Assembly (NCBI GenBank): GCA_001724265.1
Contig: MEDY01000236.1
Location: 61,407 to 81,406, forward strand
Length of the DNA stretch: 20,000 nucleotides
Source: Rhizaria sp. SCN 62-66
Taxonomy: Eukaryota
Direction of reading: 5' to 3'
The notes below the pieces were generated by a model. The model made no database searches, had not been told where the DNA came from, and worked only from the letters and a program-made list of their open reading frames with translations. Below, piece by piece: positions 10,228-18,758 of this stretch (positions are counted from its first letter, which is position 1; each line of letters begins with the position of its first letter). A program made the position numbers and the translations under genes.

Positions 10228-12131
10228 TTAGAGCTTCTTGGAGGTCAGCGCCTTGTTCGTCAGCTCACTGGCTTTGTTACCAAGTGTTTCACCCGATTCA
10301 TTCTCCGCATATCCCTTGGCCGAGTTGGCAAGCATGTCCGTGCTGACCTTATTGACAATCTTGCCCGCCTTCGTCGTCACAGAGGCAACCTTGGCTGCGG
10401 TCGCAGCGAGGTCCTTGAGCGCCTTAGACTTATACGCGTCTGCCTTGACCTTGCCGTCCGACTTTAGCATCGCCTGGTACTTGACCTCAATGGCCTTGGC
10501 GCCGACGCTGCTCGTAACCTTGCCCGTGACAGTGCCCACCTTGGTCGCAACCTTGTCGAGACCAGCGCGAGTCTTCTCAGCCACCCAGTCAGCGGTTACA
10601 GTCGCAGCCGCCCCCGCAGAGCCCGCGACCACAGTCTTGACCGTCTTCGCAGCAATGCTCTTGGCAGTTGAGGCAAGAGTCTTGGTGCCGAGAGCCTTAA
10701 GAGCGTCGAGACCAGCGCCTTGGGCACCGTCAGACAGCGCGTCCACCATGCCATCGATAGCTCCGGAGGTCACCTTGCTGTTGAGGTGTGTGACAGAGTT
10801 CAGGGCGTCGAACACCATACGCTCCGTCAGCGCAGTCTTGAGCTTACCCGCGATGATGGCCTTGTGGTATTCAATCTTCTCGGCATTGGTCATTTTCTTC
10901 ACCTTCTCGAGCTCGGCAGCGGCAGCGGCGGCGGCAGCGGCGTCGTCGGCGGCCTTCTTGACGTCGTACGCCTTTTGCTCCTGCGCGGAGGACCAAGCGC
11001 ACTGGCCAACAGTGGTGGGGCAAATTTGGCCGAGCGCAATGACGCGCTTGGTGCTCTTGAACAGGGACAGACCGGCGACCTTGAAGTCGGTGGCCGGGAT
11101 GGTGAACGACGGGATGGAGAAACTGCAGAGGCAGTCGGGGGTGACGCGGAGCTTCTTCTGGAGCAGAGCCATGCCCTGGCGGCACCAGGTCGTGAAGAGC
11201 GAGCTGAGATAGAGCGGGAAGCCGCAGAAAAACTTGCTGGCGATGGCGCCGAGACCGCCGGTCATAGCGCTGACGAGCAGGCCACACACCGCATTGCCAA
11301 ACGCCGTGCACGCAGAGCGGACAATGTAGTTGGCCACAGTCTTGCACCACGTGCACTTGTAGTCCTTAATCTTGGCGACGACCCAGTCGAACGCCTGGCC
11401 GATCTGCTCGCCGACGCCGTACATAACAGCATCCTGAACCAAGAGCGTGTGCAGCGTGCTGCGCGACTGGAACAGGTGCGCGTTCTGGTGCAGCGCAGCC
11501 ACAGCGACGCGGGCTTCAACAAAGGCAGCAGCGCCCTTGGGGGAGCGGCGCTCGCGGAGGGAGACCTCGGCGTCGACCTTGCGCAGCAGCGAGTCGAACG
11601 AGATCTTGTTGACCTGGACGGGGATGTCAACGCTCGCGGCGAGGTCAAGCAGGGAGGAGCGGTGCTGCTCAAAGAGCGCACTGTAGTCGTCAAGCTCCAT
11701 GTGCATGTGCGTACGAGCAATGTTTTGGCGCCAAGCTTGAAAGCCCTCCTTGTTAGCAGTCAGCGCGGCGAACACGGCCTTGTCTTGCTCGCTCTTCATG
11801 TCGAAGGGTACAGCAAGGAAGTCGTCCTGAGTGAGAGTGTCACGGGCGTTGTCGATGAAGCTTGCAACGTCGGAGGCCATAGAGGCACCAGGAGCCATCA
11901 GCGCCATCGCAGCGGTCTCATTAGACCGCATGTGAAGCACGTCGACAGACACCGCGACTCTGTGTGGGATGAATGGTGATGGGGAAGGGGGGCGAGGAAA
12001 ATGGGGTGAGCAAAAAGCGTGTATGGCGTAAGTGATAAGAAGAAAAAAGCACTCAGGTCCATTATATAAACGTACGTTTGAGTCACTGCAACAAGCAGTA
12101 GACCCAACAGGGCAGCGCATACGACACGCAT
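10228..12131 (-). CDS. Paralogue 1: putative secreted prepro-protein with 10-Cys saposin-like domain and basic K/A/T-rich tail, ~595 aa; join(12131-12076, 11959-10228)
   Basis: Exon 1 is MRVVCAALLGLLLVAVTQ(T), signal-peptide-like, followed by a phase-2 GTACGT..CAG intron. Exon 2 is homologous to the three neighbouring genes. Ends in TAA. The ORF-track N-terminus (MLVCDAC...) is translated upstream and intron sequence. Confidence 0.85.
11960..12075 (-). other. Intron 1 of paralogue 1 (116 bp, phase 2)
   Basis: GTACGT donor, ...cccacaCAG acceptor; same position (after 56 coding nt) as in paralogues 2 and 3. Confidence 0.85.
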
Positions 12132-12776
12132 CGCACACTAGCAAAAGGGATGGTTAACGAGAGGAGAAAAAAATTAATTTGTGGCAAAATTCGCATCCAG
12201 TTTTTCGGAACAAAGAGCATCTTGTTGAAGCATTCTCTACAAAAACATTATGATATCCGCACATCACGAAGAAAATAAACATGTGCACACATTTCTGGCG
12301 GTAATGGGATATACAAAATTTTCAATTTCATCTGCAGATACAAGGGATAAGAGAGAGAAACCAAAGGCATCACGTGTATTTTTTTAATCGACGACACAGA
12401 AGTGCAAAAACAACCAACAGAAGTCGGATAAGAAGAACCATAGCGCAGCTCTTTGTGCTTTCTGTCATCACCTCACACGTCTGTCTATCAGCGTCACACG
12501 CAGTGAAGAGCGATATGAGACGCACCCACCACAGGCCGTCAGAGGAATGTTGTGCACGACTGGGGGAGGCGGCGGGTGTGCAAATGTAAATGTACATGTA
12601 CATGTACAAGTTTAAGTGCGAGTGTGTGGCGCAGGCAGACATGACAAGCATGTTATCGACTCCATGCGCAGCACTACACGCGATGAGAACAGCAGATATT
12701 TCTGCACGCATATGAGTAAAAAGATCACGTAAATACACCACATATCACAGTGATTGTGCTGTTGCACACCGATTGC

Positions 12777-14637
12777 TTAGAACTTGACAGGGGCCAGCTT
12801 CGACTTGTCCGCGGTCGCGGTGGCGGTCTTGTTTGCAGTCTTGATCGGGGTCGTGGTCTTCTTAGTAGTCGACGCAGTGGTCTTGGAAGCGGTCTTAGAA
12901 GCAGTAGTAGCAGACTTGGAAGCAGCGGTGGCAGTCTTGGAGGTGGCAGTGGGCTTAGCAGCCGCAACGGGCGCCTTGGACGCGACCATGGGCATGTTGG
13001 CGTTGGCCTTGCCGGCAACCTTGGTGATAGAGGCGGCGACGGTGGGGAAGCTCTCGAAGTCGGTGATCTGCGACGGGCGCGCCGGCGTGGGGGCCTCGAC
13101 AGGCTTGCTAACCTCCTTCTCCTTGCCCCGGAAGGCGTCGAAGATGCGACGGAAGAAGGCGGACACGGTGGAGATGATGCCATCCTGCGGGGTGAGCTTG
13201 GTGATCTTGTTGAGCTCCTTGTTAACCTGCGTGCTCGACAGCGTCGTGGTGACGGTGCCGTTGAGGATCTGCGAGTGGTACGCGATCTTCTCCGCCTTGC
13301 TCATCTCGCGGATCGCCGCAATCTCGATCTCAGCGCGGCGCGCAAGGTCGGCCTGCATGGCGTCGTACTCAGCCTTAGCCGCGTCGGTGTCGAGGATGCA
13401 CTGGCCGCTCGCGACAGCGCACACGGTCCCGACGGGGACCTCGGCCGAGGCGACGGTCATGACGGGCTCGCCGGGCGCGGCCTGGACCTCAGCCTTGGGC
13501 AGCGTGAGCGAGGGCACGTTGAAAGAGCAGATACACTCGGGGGTGAGCTTGATGCGGGTCTGGATGTGGGACACGGCCTTGTAGCACCAGTTGCCGAAGA
13601 GCTTGTTGAGGTAGATGGGGAAGCCGCAGAAGAACTTGGCGGCGATGAAGCTGGTGACGCCGGTGAAGGCGGTGACGATGGCCGTGCAGATGTAGGTGCC
13701 GGCAAGGTCGCAGCTGGACTTAAGGATCTGTACGACGGCCTTCTGGCAGAGCTCGCACTTCTTCTCCTTGATGAGGTCGACGACCCAGTCGTAGGCCCTC
13801 TTGAGGTTGTTGATCAGGCCGAAGGTGATGGCGTCCTGCACCACGAGCGCGTGCAGCGTAGTGCGCGACTGGAAGAGGTGCTTGTTCTGGTGCAGCGCGG
13901 CAACGGTGACGCGGGCCTCGACGAACGCGGCGGCGCCCTTGGGGGAGCGGCGCTCGCGGAGGGAAACCTCGGCGTCGACCTTGCTGAGGAGGGCGTCGAA
14001 CGAGATGGCGTTGACCTTGGCGGGAATGTTCATCTCGGCAGCAAGGTCAAGCAGGGACGCGCGGTGCTGCTCAAAAAGGGGCTCGAAGTCCGAGAGCTCC
14101 ATGTGCATCGACGCACGAGCCATGTTCTGGCGCCACGCGTTGAAGGCCTCCTTGTTCTCCGTGAGGGCGTTAAAGACCTGGGCGTCCTGCTCGTTCTTCA
14201 TGTCGAAGTCGACAGCGAGGAAGTCGTTCTGGTTCAGAGAGCGCTGCGACTGCTCGAGGAACGCCTGAACACCCTCGATCGACTCAGACGAGTGGGGAGC
14301 GAGGATGGCCAGAGCCGCAGTCGAGTTCGACATGCGGCCCGCGGCGAGCGAGACCGCAGCACTGCAAGATAGAAGGGTGGAAAGTGAATGATGGGAACAA
14401 AAAAAAGACAAGACAGCAAAATAAGGCGGGAAAACGCAACATATCAACCCCGTGGCAATAGTGCATGAGATGCGTGCGAGGTCTGCATACAAAAAGAAGT
14501 TAGGCAAGAGAGTCGCGTCGGAGTAACCGAGCGAGCATGTTGTGCGTATCGCACGGGAAGCATTTGACAAGTTGTACGTACACCTGGGACACCATGGCCA
14601 TAAACAAGCCAAGGAAAACAGCGCAAAGGACACGCAT
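12777..14637 (-). CDS. Paralogue 2 (most divergent Cys domain and tail), ~546 aa; join(14637-14582, 14361-12777)
   Basis: Exon 1 is MRVLCAVFLGLFMAMVSQ(V), 56 nt. Contains the conserved HMELxDF..LFEQHR.SLLDLAA and KVDAEVSLRERRSPKGAAAFVEAR blocks and all 10 Cys. Ends in TAA. Confidence 0.85.
14362..14581 (-). other. Intron 1 of paralogue 2 (220 bp, phase 2)
   Basis: GTACGT donor, ...tatcttgCAG acceptor; homologous position. Confidence 0.8.
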
Positions 14638-15861
14638 GTTACCACTAGAGCGACAAGAAGGTTCAAGAGGCAGATTAGTGTGGCGTGAGCTTCGACCGTC
14701 GCGTCTGTTGGGGCGCTTACTAAAGCGATACCCCAGGGCCATAGTCAAATTAATAGAAGCATTGTCGAAGAAAAAGCAAAATTTCACCAAGGAATGCTGC
14801 AGAGAAAATACGAGCAACTGAAATTGACGAGCCAGAGAGGCACTACACGTGTTACAAAATTCCCGGCGACGCTGCTTGTAAAAGTCGTCGATCGACGACT
14901 GTATGTGCGAGCCAGTGACATTTTTTCGGAACAGCAACTTGAATAGACCGAAGTTTGTAATAAAAATGGGTGTACCCTAGTGAAAATATAATATAATTTA
15001 GATTTGACAGCACAATTAATCTGCATCCTAACGTGTCTATGTTATGCACCTATTCACATCCCAATTTTCAACGGGATGGGGTTGCTGTGCCGTGCTACGT
15101 CGCAAGCCAATTGTGTTCAACTCAGCTGAAAAGGTCCCTCAGATCCCATGAGTGGACGACCACGGAAATTACTTTTGTGGAAAACAAAGTACGTAAACGA
15201 AGATGTATTCAGGTACGATAGTTTTATAAGTCAGCGAACAAGGAAGGCTTGTCCTGGCTTGTGGAGAGAGGCACGTTCTCCGCGCAATTTTGAAGAATGC
15301 AGCACTCAAGTCTGCAAGAAAAAGATAAAACAAGACAGGAAGATTGCAGCACCGATATGATAGCACCGTTTGTGATTGCGTGCTCAAGGGCTGCGGGGGC
15401 AGCAGGGACAAGATAAGTTCGGAGGTGAGAGCAGTAGGACCAAACAGGCAAAATTAAGAGGAAAATCAGTTCAAGTACTTCAGCAGATGGAGTACACGTC
15501 GTGCAACACGATCCAGCAAAAACAGGAGGTCGACATCGACATCTTGTAGTATATAAAAATGATGATGATACAAAACAGCAACAGCAGACGTGGTGATGTA
15601 GGTGTCTGCAAGAGGTGCGTGAGATGCCTTGTAACGGCATAACTATTTACGCACCACGCAAACACACAAACAAACACAGACAACAAACCCGCTCAACAGC
15701 TGGCGCACAACTCACCAGCGTGAAAACACGACGTGGTAGTAGGGGTGTATATGCGGGCATCGCGATGATAAAATACACAAACAGAAACAATCACAGACAA
15801 AGAAACATAGGAATCACAGAAAGAGAAAACACACACGGTCACACGGTCACCACTCTTGGCT

Positions 15862-17943
15862 TTACTTGCCGTTGAGCTTTGAGTCAACCTTGTTGACAAC
15901 ATTTTTGGTCACCTTTTCGGCCACAGCGCCGTTGATTGCGTTCTTGGTCATATCGGATGCCACCGAGCCTGCCGCGCTGATGACCTTCTTCGTGGCCGTC
16001 TTCGTCGCGTTGGCTACCTTGTTGACGGTCTTGGTCGCGGACTTCTTGTAGGATGCTGCAGCAGCAGTGCCCTTTGTCTTCTTGATCACTGCAGTCTTGG
16101 CGTTGACGACTGCAGTGCCGACCTTCTTAACGGTCTTAGACGTGGCTGTCGCCGCCTTAGTGGCAACCTTGTCCGCCTTCTTCTTGACCTCCTTGGCAAC
16201 GTATGTTGCCCCCGTGGCCGTCACCGCGCCGATTGCGGACTTGGTCACCATTTTGGCAGCTCCAACAGCGGCCTTCTTGACGACAGCCTTGGCGCCGTCC
16301 TTGAGCGCGGTGCCCGCGGCCGCCTTGACGGCGCCCTTGATCCCTTCGCCCGACGCCAGCGCCTTGACGCCAGAGACGACAGACTTGCCGGCGGTCTTGC
16401 CAAGGCCAGTCACTGCAGTTAACACCTCGGTGACCATGCGCTGCGTCATCGCAGTCTTGATTTCGCCCTTGATGATCTTGGTGTGGTACGCGATCTTTTG
16501 CGCCTTGGTCATTTTCTTGACGCGCGCGAGCTCAGCCTCCGCAGCTGCTGCAGCAGCCGTGTCTTCCTTGGCCTTTTCAGCAGCGTATGTTTTCTTCTGA
16601 GCGGCTGTGGAGCCAATGCACTGGCCTGTCTTGGTAGGGCACACCTGGCCCAGCGCGATAGTGCGCGCCTTGTTCTGGTACACAACCGCGCCAAGAACCT
16701 CGAACTTGTGTGCCTTAATGGAGAAGGTGGGAATAGTGAAACTGCAGATGCAGTCGTTCGTGAGGCCAGCCTTGTTTTGAATCCAAGCCACGCCTTGGTT
16801 GCACCAGCCGGTGAATAGTGAGCTGAGATACACAGGGAAACCGCAAAGGAACTTGCCGGCGATGGTACCGATCGGGCCGCCCATGGCGCTGGCGAGCAGA
16901 TTGCACTACGATAGGATCGAGTGAGTTTGGAACAAAAAATAGTGAAAATGAGATATAGCACGCAGCGGAAAGATGTGAGTATGACTAAGAAATCAATCGA
17001 CACGAGTTGAATTTAACGTTAAAACAGTCATTTGACACATAAGAACGATCAAAGAAAACGTACGATAGCCTTTCCTGCAGCCTTGCATGCGTTTTTGAGA
17101 ATGTGGCTGACAATGTTCTTGCACCACGTGCACTTATACTTGGCAACATTCTTAATTACCCAATCAAATGCCTGCCCAATTTGAGTGCCAACACCGAACA
17201 TCACAGCATGCTGCACAAGCAGCGAGTGCAGCGTCGATTGCGATTGGAACAGGTGCGCGTTCTGGTGCAGAGTTGAGACAGTGACGCGGGCCTCGACAAA
17301 CGCCGCAGCACCCTTAGGGGAGCGGCGTTCGCGGAGAGAAACTTCAACATCAACCTTGCGGAGGAGCGCCTCGAACGAGATGGCGTTAACTTGAACAGGG
17401 ATGTCGACGCTGGCAGCGAGGTCAAGCAGCGAAGCGCGGTGGTGTTCGTGCAGGGCGCTGTAGTCACTGAGCTCCATGTGCATGCCGGTGCGGGCCATGT
17501 TCTCGCGCCAGGCCTAAAATCCGGACTTGTCGTGGGTCAACGCCTCAAACACGGCCTTATCTTGGTTGTTATTCATGTCAAACGGTGCGGCGAGGTAGTC
17601 TTGCAGGGAGAGGCGGTCCCCAACGTCTTCGATGTACGCCGCGATTTCGGCCAGACTGGCGGCGTTGCTGGGCTCCAACAGATTCAGGGCCGCAGTCTCA
17701 TTTGTTAAAGAAGACCGGTGGAGTGCCATGTTGACGGCAGAGCTGTGGACACAGGGTATTGTAGCAATATGAGTTCAGATGTGGGAATGGTCAGACGGGA
17801 GCAGAGAGGACGAAATGCATTTCGCGTGGCACCGGATGATCGCAAACGAACGTAAAAAGCGGCTTTGGGCTAGATGAGAAGACGTACGTTAAAACGACAA
17901 ATGCCGCTAGAACGAAAGCAAGCGTCGCCCTGAATGCACGCAT
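15862..17943 (-). CDS. Paralogue 3, ~592 aa; join(17943-17888, 17742-17064, 16905-15862); one in-frame TAG at 17514-17516
   Basis: Exon 1 is MRAFRATLAFVLAAFVVL(T), 56 nt. ORF pieces 17514..17729 and 17049..17498 are in frame across a TAG. The second intron joins GKAI|CNLLASAMGGP, matching GNAVCGLLVSAMTGG in paralogue 1. Ends in TAA. Confidence 0.85.
16906..17063 (-). other. Intron 2 of paralogue 3 (158 bp, phase 0), absent from the other three paralogues
   Basis: ATC|GTACGT...ctatcgTAG|TGC; AT-rich; removal restores a gapless alignment to the paralogues. Confidence 0.9.
17743..17887 (-). other. Intron 1 of paralogue 3 (145 bp, phase 2)
   Basis: GTACGT donor, ...gtgtccaCAG acceptor; homologous position. 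Confidence 0.8.
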
Positions 17944-18758
17944 GTTTTCACACCTGAGGATGAGAGAGGTGAAGCAACAAGTAAGTCCGAGGCTGAGTAA
18001 GGCACTTAATGAAGAAATAAAACGGAATATAATATGCAAACGGAAGTTAAGCTATTAAGAAGCAAAATTAATTAAATTGCGAATACGCGTCAAATTACTC
18101 ACATTGCGAGTTGATGCACATATCGTGCACATGCGGGCTATTGAGAACAGAAAGACCTCCTTTGGAGTCGCGTCAGTGGTCCTTTCTAAAGCCGCCTTAA
18201 CTCGATGAATACGTGCTCTCACCAAACATAATACAACAGACCACGAGGCACTGTAACTTTGACATATGAATATCGTAATGAAACTAGGAATCGCGGTCTT
18301 GCTACTGTGTTTTGACGCTACTGATGTAACTTCTCATCCGGATGTTGACTTCAGCCTCGTCGCCAGCTGGATCGGTAACCAGGTAACTGTGAGCACCAGA
18401 CACCACCCACATACACCGAAAAGTAGTGGATACAACAACGCAATTAAGTCGGACAATGATAATAATGACATATACTTGTTCTGCAGACCGCGCACTTTTT
18501 ACTCATTCCAATTTTGAGACGTTTATTGAAGATATTCAGAGGAATATGCTCGTTCAGTGAGGGTACTCTCAGTGCGTCTGGTTCTTACTGGGCATGATAG
18601 GCTCCATTGCGACACCTCTTCAATGGTTGTGACAATAAACAGTCCGTAGAAATGTGCTTCCATCAGCGTGATTCGTTCATCAACAACAACTGCGCTTTTG
18701 AGAGGAACTCAATCACGCATTAGTGGCCGAAGTTGTCTGACATAGGACCGTCAGTCGT

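Noticed and set aside
15430-15452. About 20-nt resemblance to exon 1 of paralogue 1 (possible relic fifth copy)
   Set aside because: Short, gapped, with no adjacent donor or exon-2 homology; plausibly chance.
18162-18224. Possible suppressor tRNA-like sequence (tcagtggt...ttCTAaa...cacca)
   Set aside because: No GTTCRA T-loop and no proper anticodon or acceptor stems; no tRNA was recognised in the window.
9273-18758. Short ORFs in intergenic spacers (9438..9704, 12370..12741, 14784-15900 cluster, 18266..18517)
   Set aside because: AT-rich, lacking the coding codon bias and any recognisable motif; no transposon hallmarks seen.
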